Under the pieces are notes generated by a model. The model worked only from the letters and a program-made list of their open reading frames with translations, did not search any database and was not told the origin of the DNA. Source: Obrimoposthia wandeli (Eukaryota). Taken from it: 64,000 nucleotides of DNA. The position numbers and the translations under genes are program-made. The first letter of the stretch is position 1. The number at the start of each line of letters is the position of its first letter. The stretch spans positions 248,001 to 312,000 of the forward strand of contig CDROCS010003779.1 in assembly GCA_977020255.1 (NCBI GenBank). The letters run 5' to 3'. Below are positions 11,216 through 22,049 of this stretch, piece by piece.

Positions 11216-11847
11216 CTAAAATAAAAATAAACCTAATGATGGCAATCCAAGTTGAGCTGGAATGAAGTCCTCTTCATTGACGAAATCCATCCAGCTGTCA
11301 TCCGTTGACTCGACGAAATCCATCCAGCTGTCGTCCGTTGACTCGACGAAATCGGATTCCTCGATGGTCTCCAACCAGCTGTTGTCGCTCCATTGCTCTA
11401 TCTCGAAATCTGACTGGGATATGTCATTCATCCACTCATTGTTAGTCATTTGAGTGGATGGGTCAGAATCAGGAGCCGGGAGACCAATCGCAGGACCGTA
11501 AAAGGGTTGATCGACTGCAACTGGAATTGGAGCAGGAGCTGCCTGCGAATCGCGCACCAATTGCACGATATCCCTCTTCTTGTAGTTGGCTGTGAAACAC
11601 GATAGATGAGCTCGATGTTCACCGAAGAAGTCTCGAAACTCCTTCTCCTCCATTGTTCTGCAGAATGGGCAGACGAAGAAGTGAAGCCCGCGAGACTTTG
11701 TCCGATAGTAGGCGGACATTATCTCCATGCAGGTCTCTCCTCCATGCGGAGCCGAAGCACCACAATATGCTGGAAACAGGATACAAGTAATCTGAAATAA
11801 TAAATATTAATAAGGAAATAATAAATATAGATTCTTACCATAGTCAT
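11216..11847 (-). CDS. Spliced Cys/His-rich (Zn-finger-like) protein with acidic, Trp-rich repeats
   Basis: Exon 1 ATGACTATG at 11847-11839; 47-nt GT-AG intron at 11792-11838 is in frame with ORF 11216-11728; CPFC...H...C; repeated ESTDDSWMDFV. Further introns at 11182-11232 and 11051-11094. Confidence 0.6.
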
Positions 11848-12211
11848 TATTTTAAATAGTCGGGGATTTAAATGAAGAAAGTGTTTGCTTATATACTAAA
11901 ATTTATGCACACATGCTCTTTTCCTATTGGATTAAAAAAATTGAGAAGGATTTTTTATCTGTTAAATGGTCGAAAAAAATATCTTTTTATTCCTCCAATC
12001 AAAAGATTTAATTGTAATTGAATGAAAATAATGAATTAGAAGAATTGTTTATCTGTTATCTGTTATTGGTTGATAATATTATTTTTAATATTTTTTATTC
12101 CTCCAATTAAAAAGCTTATTTGTAATTGGATGAAAAAATGAGTTTTTAAATAATGAATTTCTCCAATTAGAAGAATTGTTTATCTACATGTCAAGTAATA
12201 ATAAGATAGAC

Positions 12212-12667
12212 TTAAACATTTTTATATGCGCAATGGTCACCATGATTACGATATGGACAGCAAATATTTTGTGGAATTTTTAATAGATGATCACGTGAAA
12301 TATTTAAAGTATTCAACCTCAATTTAGGAAAATATTTTTTTAAAGTCTTATATTTTTTGCCATTCATATCATCTAAAACATAAAAAATTCCATTTTCAAT
12401 ATCAAGATTAGATGTTATTGTATCGAAAATACATATTTCACAAAAAGCCTTATGTCCTTCTTTCCATTTCAATAAATGAAAGTAATTAGTTAGATATAAA
12501 TTAGTAAATTTTTTCTTATAATCTGAACTTTTAAACGGGATATATATTTGAAATATGAAATGCAATGGATGAAAAAGGTCGCATACATCCATAATACATA
12601 TTTCTTTTATAATATAATCCCCATTTTTGTTAATGAAAGCCTCAAAATCTATGATATATTCCTGCAT
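12212..12667 (-). CDS. Putative DEDD/DnaQ-like exonuclease of the type seen in Polinton-like viruses
   Basis: IIDFEAF...YIIKEI, TNLYL...HLLKWKEG, C-terminal CPYRNHGDHCA. Confidence 0.55.
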   Translation of the reverse strand: MQEYIIDFEAFINKNGDYIIKEICIMDVCDLFHPLHFIFQIYIPFKSSDYKKKFTNLYLTNYFHLLKWKEGHKAFCEICIFDTITSNLDIENGIFYVLDDMNGKKYKTLKKYFPKLRLNTLNISRDHLLKIPQNICCPYRNHGDHCAYKNV

Positions 12668-12742
12668 AATTATCTAAATTTGCAGCAAATCCCGTTGTTT
12701 ATAACGAAGTATAACGGAAGTCATCCGCATACTGGTCTCTAT

Positions 12743-13555
12743 CTATGATGTCATCAGCTGTGTGCCACTTTTTTTGCTGATGCTGACCTCTTGTTTCTGT
12801 ATGTCAATGATCATACCGCAATATTCAATCCTGGAGGTTGGCTAAAGTTGGGACTTTTTCCAATTTATCTGGAGACCCCATTTCTCAAAGAAATTCGTTA
12901 CTTCTTTCCAGATTGTTGCCTTTGGTTTTGCCACTATGAGAATGTCGTCTATGTGGACGTGGGCAAAATCAACTTGCCAGTTGGCTTGTAGCTGTCCGAG
13001 AATTCTGGTGATGGTCCACTGCAAATTTGCTGGACTTTGGCGGAGTCCCATGGGCAGTCTCGTGAATCTGTAATAGCATTCGTTGTTCCAAAAATTTGTG
13101 AGATGCCTTGCTGCTTGTCGTATCTTGATCTGATAGAATGCTCCTTTCAAGTCGATTCTAATAGACAATCTATCTTTTGGGATTCTCTGTAACCTGTTGG
13201 CTAGATTTGGGATTTTCATGAAGAGTTGAGGCAAGTGCGGCGTAAGATGCTTGAAATCTACGATAAGCCGTCTGAGATTTGAATTGGCCTTTGGTATCAT
13301 ACGAACTTGCGAGCAAAAGGGGCCTTTTGTCGATTTTTCTATAATCCCGGCTTGCAACAGAGCTCGAACACATGCATCGATGTGTTGCTTCTCTTCGTTT
13401 TGAATCTTAGTTCTCTTCCTTTGTCTGGAAGCTTTAACTGAGGCAAAAGGCGCATAGCCCTTAGTTGCCAACATATGCATCCTGCCGTCCAGGTCGACGT
13501 CACTAAATCTTCTGGCATGAGAAGAGTTTGAGAGGGCATACTTTCGAAATATTAT
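12743..13555 (-). CDS. Reverse transcriptase (DIRS/hepadna-like) with HIDD motif; in-frame TAG at 12842-12844
   Basis: KGY.PF, RRLIVDF, RIDLKGAFYQI, RLPMGLRQSP, HIDDILI, GLQINWKKSQL*PTSRIEYCGMIID. The frame is open back to an AG acceptor at 13556-13557. Confidence 0.9.
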
Positions 13556-13752
13556 CTAAATTTAAAACAAATAAGACTGGCAAAATTTATATTTTCATGC
13601 CAGCTTATATATGCCACCCAATCACATCACGCCTGGAACCCGAAGGTGGTAGGCAAGAAGTGATGTGACTGAGTGAGCGAAAGATACCAAACAACAAAAG
13701 GTTTCAGCCATAAAAACTTAAAGACATAAAAAGGGACACAAATGATAAGTGA

Positions 13753-14268
13753 TCACGTTACTGCTTGGTGCATTGTTAGCGATAGCAGCACTCCCCAGTC
13801 TTCTGTTTGTCTGGTTCTTGTTTCCTCCGATCTTGTTGGCGCATCGGCAGGGTTGTGCTCCGTTCGCACAAATTGCACTGTGATCTGTTTGATCACTGCC
13901 ACCATTTGGACTGCAATAAGCGTCCACCAGTGCTTTACCTTTGTGGGAATTCTTCTGTTTTTAATACTCCAAACGAGAGCCAGATTATCGCACAGGATGG
14001 TGTCTCCTCGTGCTGCCTTCCACATGGCCATTAACACTGCCCTTGCTTCTTGGAGGTAAATATTCTCTTCTTTAAAATTCCACTCCACGATTCGACGGCG
14101 TTCTGCTAGCCTCTTATCCTGTATCTCCACCCGATGATTCCACTCTGTCGCGACAGCAGTATACAAATTTTGATTGAGGACCCTCTTTCTTAAGTCCTCT
14201 TTCTTCTCATTTATTCTGATGTTTGCTTCAATCTTCGTCACCAGACTCTTCATTTTAATGAATTCCAT
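13753..14268 (-). CDS. Retroelement-type RNase H domain protein (DIRS-like), located upstream of the RT
   Basis: LYTAVATEW (first Asp absent), ENIYLQEARAV, LCDNLALV, VRTEHNPADAPTR; TATA box at about 14303-14311. Confidence 0.75.
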   Translation of the reverse strand: MEFIKMKSLVTKIEANIRINEKKEDLRKRVLNQNLYTAVATEWNHRVEIQDKRLAERRRIVEWNFKEENIYLQEARAVLMAMWKAARGDTILCDNLALVWSIKNRRIPTKVKHWWTLIAVQMVAVIKQITVQFVRTEHNPADAPTRSEETRTRQTEDWGVLLSLTMHQAVT

Positions 14269-14463
14269 TTTTTAATTATGAAGAGGTTAATAAATTTGAA
14301 CCTATATATATAAATTTAAGATATTTTTTAATCCAATTAAATGATATATTTTTATTTATCAAATGAGAGTTTAATAAATCTATAACTTATCATTGCAAAT
14401 AAACTTAAAGATAGCATTTCTAAATTTTTAAAAAAATAAATATTAAGAAGAAAACATATGAAA

Positions 14464-16278
14464 TTAATTTTTATAAATTATATTCTTAAACATTTTTACG
14501 AAGTCATCATTGGGATCATCCGGATCGAAATCCCTTCGACTAAGTATTATAGGAGAAAGCGGTACTGGTTCCTTCTTTGGCCGGCCCGGTTTCTTTTTCG
14601 GCTTCACCGGTTGCTTTGTAGCAATTGTCCTTCCCTCGGGTTTTGGCAATAGTTGCCGCAACTTTTTGGGAGGAGGTGCAGCCGATGTTGATGGCCCTGA
14701 CATAGAAGTCCTCTTCCTCTTCCGCGGAGCTTTCTTCTGTTTCTCCTCCTTCTCACGTTGAAGCTGTCGTGAGACGACATCCTGTTGCCCTCACGAATCT
14801 GGAAGCATTGCTGGTGTATCCAGTTCCGCCAGGAATTCATCCAATCCAGCTTCATCCCAGGCCCTCTTTAAGTTCTGGCTGGTTGTTGGACGAGGAGAAG
14901 CAGTATACTGCAGGCGTCGTTGACTTGATGGCGGACTAATCTCAATCGGTGAGACTGGGATACTCTCATATAAAATTGGCCCGTCGTCCACTGGAGATGG
15001 GAGAATATCCTGCCGTCCAATCACCGCCTCAGAATAATGGCCAATTGAGGTGCTACATTTTCTCGAGCGCCTCGTCTTCTTCACCTCTGCCCTCTTCGTC
15101 CGTTTCCGCGAGAAAGGAGTAATTTCTCCTCAAGTCTCCTCAAATATCTGAAAGGGTTCCTGCAAAATATTAATAAAATTTAAACATATAAATAATTTAC
15201 CTCAATGATGGGCAGGTTAGCCTGTTTCACCAACTTGACCTTCTTCCGAGTGAGGGTTTTGACCCGATGGCGTTGCGGTTTCTTAACTGCCGCTTGCTTC
15301 ATATCCACCGGTTGAATAGGCGTCGCCTCTTCGTGGATGTTCTCCATCTATGTGAATTATTAAATTTAATATCTAAATAATTTACCTTAAAATTATCTGG
15401 AGACACTAGGTATCGGAGCTGACTCCTTGGCAGCTCCTGGCTGCATTGACTCGCCAAGTACTGCGGTTCAATCAGCCTCTCCGTCATGGTCACTGACGGT
15501 GCCAAATCCAGTTGAAGTTTCTGAAAATGAAATTAAAAAACATTTAAAATAAATGATGTCTAACCTCATTCGTCGCTTTTATTCTCCTAACAGGAGATTT
15601 CGGCCTTTTGAATGGTTCAGGCGTTGTATTATCTGCTTTCAGAGTAGCAGAGGGAGTGAGACCATCCCAATCGTCGGTGAACAGGTGCCACTCGTCCTCG
15701 TTCAATTCTGCTACCATCGATTCGTTGGCTCCTGATGCTCCGATACTTGGCTGTATCCATTCGTCGGCGAATAGAGTCAAGTCCTCCTCTCCATCCGAAG
15801 GTACATCATCGATGAACAGCTCCTCGTCTGAGTCTGGTGCGAGGACTTTCTCCGGCTGAGACAGTGGGATCAATTTCCAGGGGCATTTGATTGCCGCCTC
15901 AAAATTCTGGAAGAGATTGGATCTCCCTGCTGCTACTGCTGAAGTTGTCGGACGATTGGGTTTTGTGTTTTGTCTGGGAGTACATTCTTCTTAATTCTCA
16001 ATCGAATCCTGACTAGTCAGGTCAATATATTGGGATCTCTGTACCCCGCCTCTCACGTCCATTGGTTTTTCTCTTGGAGTTGAGCTGACCAATGAGGCTT
16101 CTTCTTCCAACAGGTTCGCTCTTGCTGCTGCTTCTCCTTCGCTCACCACCGATGAGTCTTGACTATCTAAGTCAATGTATTGCGACGGTGGTGGCGTTCG
16201 CTGCTGCACTGGAGAGAGATCCCCATATAGTTGAACCTCCATCTCTTCGTCTAGGTCAACGTTGTTGAAATTAGGCAT
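14464..16278 (-). pseudogene. Large 4-exon low-complexity regulator-like gene (about 563 aa) with three point stops
   Basis: GT-AG introns at 15521-15564, 15348-15385 and 15160-15200 join the four track ORFs into one frame (1692 nt). Motifs: YIDLDS and YIDLTS, PPPKKLR, KKPGRPKK. Confidence 0.7.
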
Positions 16279-16517
16279 TCTTGATTTTGATTAATGAAAA
16301 ATAATGAAATGAGGTCTCCATTATATATATAGCGGTTGGTGTATGTTAGGGTCTTGGGTATGACACGGGTCGTTTACATTTGTAGTTGTGAGAGGTAAAG
16401 TGATACTGTAACGCGTGTATTTGTAGTTATTTTCATGAGAATAGAGCCCGCCCAGAAGGGGCGGGTGGTGGTCGTAGGGTGTTTCCATCCAACACCCGTC
16501 GACTTTCACCCAACACC

Positions 16518-17688
16518 CTTATGTGTATTTTTTATAAACATTGTTTTTAATCAGTTTCCTTATTTTAGAATGGATAAGAGATGTGTAGCAAATTTTTATT
16601 ATCCAGAAAGAATTTCAAAAGGAAAACTATGTAATATATTAAAGAGGCATCAAATTATACGAGTTATGAATCCTGTGAAAATATCAAAAGTGGAGAAAAA
16701 ATATCTCATCGAAATTTTAACAACATCTGATTTTGATAAATTGAAAAATATTGTGGGATTTTACATTCCTGATTATGTATATGAAGGAAATTGTTTCGAG
16801 CTTGAAACTGATCCCAGTCTGGATTTTAAAGATGATCTAGGATATTTGATTGCTCCAATTCTAGATGAAGAACTATGGAATATCTCAATACGTCTCAATG
16901 GATATTTTGGTGATGACGGGAAAATGCAGCCTCTTTGGACTTTGAGTGAAGCCAATATGTTGTTTTATGTTTAATAAATATTTTGAAAAATAATTTTGTC
17001 TCGTATTTTGTTTTTGCTCCTCTAAATTATATAGATCTGACCAATGTTTTTCGTGCCTGTAAATCAAGAATTAAGGGTGGTGTATGTTAGGGTCTTGGGT
17101 ATGACACGGGTCGTTTACATTTGTAGTTGTGAGAGGTAAAGTGATACTGTAACGCGTGTATTTGTAGTTATTTTCGTGAGAATAGAGCCCGCCCCTAAGG
17201 GGCGGGTGGTGGTCGTAGGGTGTTTCCATCCAACACCCGTCGACTTTCACCCATCACCCATCGACTTTCACCCATCACCCGTCGACTTTCACCCATCACC
17301 CATCGACTTTCACCCATCACCCGTCGACTTTCATCCATCGCCAATCGACTTTCACCCAAAACCCATCGTAGTTATTTTCGTGAGAATAGAGCCCGCCCCG
17401 ATGGGGCGGGTGGTGGTCGGTGGGTGTTTCCATCCAACACCCGTCGACTTTCACCCATCACCCGAGGTAGTTAGTGATATACAAGAGAGCGAGACATTCG
17501 CCCATCACCCGAGGTAGTTAGTGACATATACGAGAGCGAGACATTCGCCCATCACCCGAGGTAGTTAGTGACATATACGAGAGCGAGACATTCGCCCATC
17601 ACCCAAGCTAGTCTGTGACCTATATCAGTCCCGAGCCCTTCGCGCCAATAGACGCGAAAATTTTTTAGAGAGGGGGACCCCCCCACCT
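16518..17688. repeat. Right terminal inverted repeat of element 1
   Basis: Reverse complement of 1-959, followed by three 47-bp units (about 17452-17600), a TTCGCG/CGCGAA hairpin and terminal GGGGGACCCCCCCACCT. Confidence 0.9.
16570..16974 (+). CDS. Copy 2 of the TIR-borne putative SSB-like gene
   Basis: Protein identical to 503-907. Confidence 0.6.
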   Translation: MDKRCVANFYYPERISKGKLCNILKRHQIIRVMNPVKISKVEKKYLIEILTTSDFDKLKNIVGFYIPDYVYEGNCFELETDPSLDFKDDLGYLIAPILDEELWNISIRLNGYFGDDGKMQPLWTLSEANMLFYV

Positions 17689-18690
17689 AAAGAACAAAAT
17701 CTTGGTTATGAAAAACATTTAACATAGCACAACCAATAGAAATAAACATAAGAGCCTTAAAAACAGCATGGGTTAACAAATTTAAAAAAAATTAAAAACC
17801 AGTACTAAAAATTAAAAGCCTAAAACTTCGTTGGCTCAAAGTAGAATAAGCTACAACCTTCTTTGAATCAAATTCAAAAAACCCACAAATACCGGCATAG
17901 AACATAGTTATAAAAGCTAATAAAGACAAAAATCACCCAAACCCTTCCACCAAATAATTTAAACGAAATAAAACAAATAAGCCAGCAGTTACAAGTGTAG
18001 AAAAATGAACTAAAGAAGATACTGGGGTAGGAGCTGCCATGCCAAAGGCAGCCACCTCCTAAAAGGAAAAAATAGCACTCTTAGTAAACCTGGAAAAAAT
18101 GAACAAAACCCTAACAATAAACAAGTAATATATAGTCAAAAATTTCAAAGAACCTTTTTTAAACCACAAACCCAAGTAAAAACAAAGCATCTCCAAAACG
18201 ATTAACTAAAAAAGTTTTCATACCAGAAAAAAAGATCTTTTTCTCCTATATCAAACAACTAAAATGAACCTGCTAAAACATAAGCCATCCCAACCAACTA
18301 TAAAACTGAAAAAATCAGGAAAAACAATCAAAAAAACCATAGAAATTACAAAAAAAATTAAGAACAACACTTTGTTTTTATCCCTATTTATATAATAATA
18401 AACAAACAAAAAAACACTGGAAACAATTTAAAACAAAATCTAAAGAAAAAAAATCCTGAAAAATTCAAAAAACAACCAAACCTTAAAAAATTTAGTTTAA
18501 ATACAGGAGAAAACTCAAAAGACCTAAAAAACCACCAAAAACCCTAAAATAATAGACAAAAAAAAGAAAAGAAAAAATAAGTTTAGCAAATAAAGAAAGC
18601 CCCAAAAATCCCACAACTTTAATTTAAGCTTCTAATCTTTAATTTTTAAATAAAACTTTTAAAACTTTAAAGGGCGTAAAACACCTTTAG
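17689..18690 (-). pseudogene. nad5: NADH dehydrogenase subunit 5, N-terminal part (NUMT); upstream boundary approximate
   Basis: GWDGL, FTKSA, WLPLAMAAPTP, DSKKVVAYSTLSQ, THAVFKALMF, HNQD. Confidence 0.9.
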
Positions 18691-18699
18691 TGCTAGATA

Positions 18700-19190
18700 A
18701 TAAAATTTTTATAAAAAATAAAATAAAAAGTACATAAAAACCTAAAAATACCAAAAGTTTTGACTCTTCCAAACAACTAAAAAATTTAATCGAAAACGAA
18801 GACTCCCAGAAAAAGAAAGAAAATTTTAAATAAAGTCCTAAAAAAAAATAGAACCCACAAAGAACTCAAAAACCCAAAATAAGTGGTAGTTTTGTTCAAA
18901 AATAATGAAGGTTTAGAATTAAGGCCCAAAAAATATAAAAAAAGAACTAATAAACCACCAACATAAAGAAGGAAAAAACAATTCTAACCAGAAGTTTTTA
19001 TATAGTAGCATAACAAAAAACCAAATAAAGATAAACAAAAAAATTAAAGCCTAAAAAAAGTTTTTAAATTTTTTAGAAAGAAAAAGTAGCATAACAAAAA
19101 AACAAATAAAGATAAACATAAAAAATAAAGCCTAAAAAGAGTTTTTTAATTTTTTAGAAAGAAAAAAATTAAACCTAAAAAAATAAAATA
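18700..19190 (-). pseudogene. nad6: NADH dehydrogenase subunit 6 (NUMT), with an ~80-bp tandem duplication; boundaries approximate
   Basis: FLLYVGGL motif at about 18950-18975; duplicated unit at about 19004-19165. Confidence 0.6.
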
Positions 19191-19213
19191 TGGAAGTATA
19201 CTCAATTAGAATT

Positions 19214-19760
19214 TTAATTTACATATTGGTCAACAAGCATACTAAAAACAATTGCTTGTAAAAAACCCACAGCTAATTCAAATAAATAATAAAATATTTA
19301 AAAAAATACTAAAGAGCTTTATATAAAAAAATACACCAACCCTTATTAGAGACAAAAAAACATGACCTGCAGCAATTTTAACGGTAAAACGCAAAGCAAG
19401 AGTAAAAAACACTTATAACCTCAATATAATTTAAATATTTAACTAAGGCAAAAGGAGAACCCATTGTTTTAAAATGCCCAATTATATTATTAAAATCTGT
19501 TTCTAAAAAATAAGCAATATAAGACACCCAAAAAAAACTCCCACCAAAAAAAAAATTAACGTAAAATTGTAAAAAATAAAAAAACAAAACAAAAAAAACA
19601 AGCCGTTTTGTAGTAAGTAATTTCTAAAAACCCTACTACAAAATTTAAAAAAACATTTAAAGGTTAAAAATATAATAAACTATAAAGTAAAAATAAAACC
19701 AAAAAAAAACTACAAACCATGAAACAAACATACTAGAAAAAAATAAAACATAAGAATTAT
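19214..19760 (-). pseudogene. atp6: ATP synthase subunit 6 (NUMT); start approximate
   Basis: LRFTV[AAA]IAAGH and FELAVGFLQAIVF. Confidence 0.85.
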
Positions 19761-20089
19761 AATCAAACATAGAAACAAATCTAATAAAATTTTATAAAGA
19801 TGGTAAATAAGACTTTTTACCGCACTATAAGTTATAAGCTTATACTCAAATCTTTACTAAAAACTTCCACGAACACAGAGAATCGAAGATCCCCAAAACC
19901 CACATTCTTAATTAAAATATTTCTTGAGAACAGGTATATAAGTTTTTCAAGAAATTTTTAAAAAAATTATATTAGAATCGTAAATTCTAAACATTTATCT
20001 GACACATGAAAAATACATGTATGGGGGTTATTATTATTATAAAAACTATGAGTAAGCCCCACATCTATTGAAAGACAAACAATTATTTT

Positions 20090-20330
20090 ATTATAAACTA
20101 AGATTTTCTAACAAAATAAAATAAAAATATTCGAGAAAATAAATATTAAAATAAATTCTCAAACTAACCCCATAAACAAATCATAACGGTAACGTGGAAA
20201 AGCACAACGAACTACAATGAAAAATAATGCAAAAAAACAGATAAACAAATTTTAAAAAATAAGAAAAAAATTTAGTAGTATATGAATTTAAACCTCTCTC
20301 AGAAACTAACACTCAAAAAGAATTATAGTA
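20090..20330 (-). pseudogene. nad1: nad1 C-terminal fragment (NUMT)
   Basis: FIVVRCAFPRYRYDLFMGLVW. Confidence 0.8.
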
Positions 20331-20509
20331 AATTTTGAGAATTTACGGTTTTTTAACTTAAGTTCCCAATTACCCTTTTTTTCAAAAAAAATATTTTCAA
20401 CGCAAATGAAGAAGTTTAAAAAATTTTAACTTAAAAAGAGATAATATAAAAAAGAAAAACCTTTTAAAATTTACTATATCGGAGTAACCTACAACTCGCA
20501 GTCCTCATA

Positions 20510-21760
20510 TTTTATTAAATAACTGAAGGGGAAAAATATACAAAACAACAGAATGAAGCAATAATTTTAAACTAAAATAATAAAGACCTAAGCCACTAAC
20601 TCAAAATTTATATTTTAAAACCTTCTTTCTAAAAGAAATCAAACAATACAAAAAATACAAAAAAAAACAGAAAAAAAAACTTTAAATACAAAATAACTCA
20701 AGAAAATGGAATATTATTTACAGAAACCCCCATCAAAAGAATTTCAGAAATAAGATTAAACCTAAAAGGAGCTGAACAATTACCGACACAAAGTAAAAAC
20801 CAAAAAAAACACAATAGAGGTATAACTCAATAAAACCCATGGTTTAATCAAATTTTACGAGATCCTGAAATTTCATAAAAACATTTAACATCTAAGAATA
20901 AAGCAGAAGAACAAAAAGCATGAGAAAAACAATTTAAATTTGAACCAAAAAAGATAAGTAACCCGAAATCAAATAGAAATAGAAATAAGACTCATGTGTA
21001 CTACTGAAGAGTAAGCAACAAAAGACTTTAAATCATATTGGCGACTACAAACCAAATTAAGAACAATAACACCGAGTAAAAAAAAACAAATTCAAATTTT
21101 AACTAGAATATTTCTACCTAAATATCTAAAACTAAAAAAAGTAAATGAAAAATTGAATAAGACCAAACACACCTAATTTTAAAATATACCTGCTAAAATC
21201 ATAGAGCCAAAAACAGGAGCTTCAACATGAGGCTTTGGCAACCACAGGTGAAAACCAAAAATCGGTAACTTAATTAACCAAGAAAATTTAACAGGGTTTT
21301 AGTATGAAAAAAAAATTATAACAAAAAATCTGAAAAAAACATCATAATACAAAATAAAAGAGGGACAGAACCTAGTAAAGTATAAACCAAAAAATAATTA
21401 GATGCTAAAATACGCTCAGGGTTAGACCCCCAGAACAGTATAAACAAAAGAATAATAACAAACCTAAATTCAAAAAATATATATAAACGTATCATAGTGC
21501 AAGAAGAGTTAAAGTAAAAAAAACTGTCAACATATAAACAAAAAATACATTAAATACAACAAAAAAATAAACAAATAGCAATATAAAAAGACAAAAGAAA
21601 AAGACAAAAGTAAAAAATATCTTGGAAATTATTAACAGTCTTTAAAGAAAAAAAATAGAAATATATATTATTAGCTTAAAAATATTCTCTAAAAGCACTA
21701 ATAACAAATAAAAAGAACATATAAAAAAAAAACTAAAAACCAAAAAAAAACAGACTTCAC
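20510..21760 (-). pseudogene. nad4: NADH dehydrogenase subunit 4 (NUMT); boundaries approximate
   Basis: [56 protein letters not shown]. Confidence 0.9.
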
Positions 21761-21990
21761 ATTTTTCCTATCAAAAAAACGAACAACATAGATTAAAACA
21801 GAAAGAGCAACAGCACCTTCACAAACAACAGCTCCTAAAAAAATAAATAGATACAAAATGTCACCAGCTCAATTACACTGAAACAACAAAAAAATAACTA
21901 TATACGCTATTTCAATACTAACAAAGAATTTTAATAAACGAATTTTAAAAATAATATATAAAAAAATTAAAAAATTAAAAAACAAAAACT
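21740..21990 (-). pseudogene. nad4L: nad4L (NUMT); boundaries approximate
   Basis: AVVCEGAVAL motif at about 21803-21835, immediately upstream of nad4. Confidence 0.65.
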
Positions 21991-22049
21991 AAAAACCCCG
22001 AATTAAATAACAAAACTTAAATATATTTTTTTCTTTAGAAGAATATAAA

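Larger units (their letters stand above)
1..17688. mobile_element. Polinton/Maverick (adintovirus-like) element 1, degenerate; left end lies outside the window
   Basis: Contains rve integrase, packaging ATPase, major and minor capsid, and pPolB genes. 1-959 is the reverse complement of 16518-~17470. The right end finishes ...CCCCACCT (AG...CT-type terminus) and abuts mitochondrial nad5 sequence. Confidence 0.9.

Noticed and set aside
13556-13598. Two-codon first exon (ATG AAA) plus a 37-nt intron for the RT
   Set aside because: It needs a non-canonical donor (AT instead of GT), and the ATG is too close to the TATA box. Kept only as a remote possibility.
12743-14268. Intact DIRS retrotransposon or diversity-generating retroelement
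   Set aside because: No gag, tyrosine recombinase, terminal repeats or template/variable repeat pair were found, and the domain order is reversed.
2591-16278. Stop-codon reassignment (TAA/TAG read as Gln) explaining the interrupted ORFs
   Set aside because: Many stops fit single C>T or G>A changes, TGA stops and frameshifts also occur, and genes terminate normally with TAA. Decay is simpler.
18590-20520. Individual mitochondrial tRNA calls in NUMT spacers
   Set aside because: tRNA-like stretches are present, but I could not fold convincing cloverleaves by eye.
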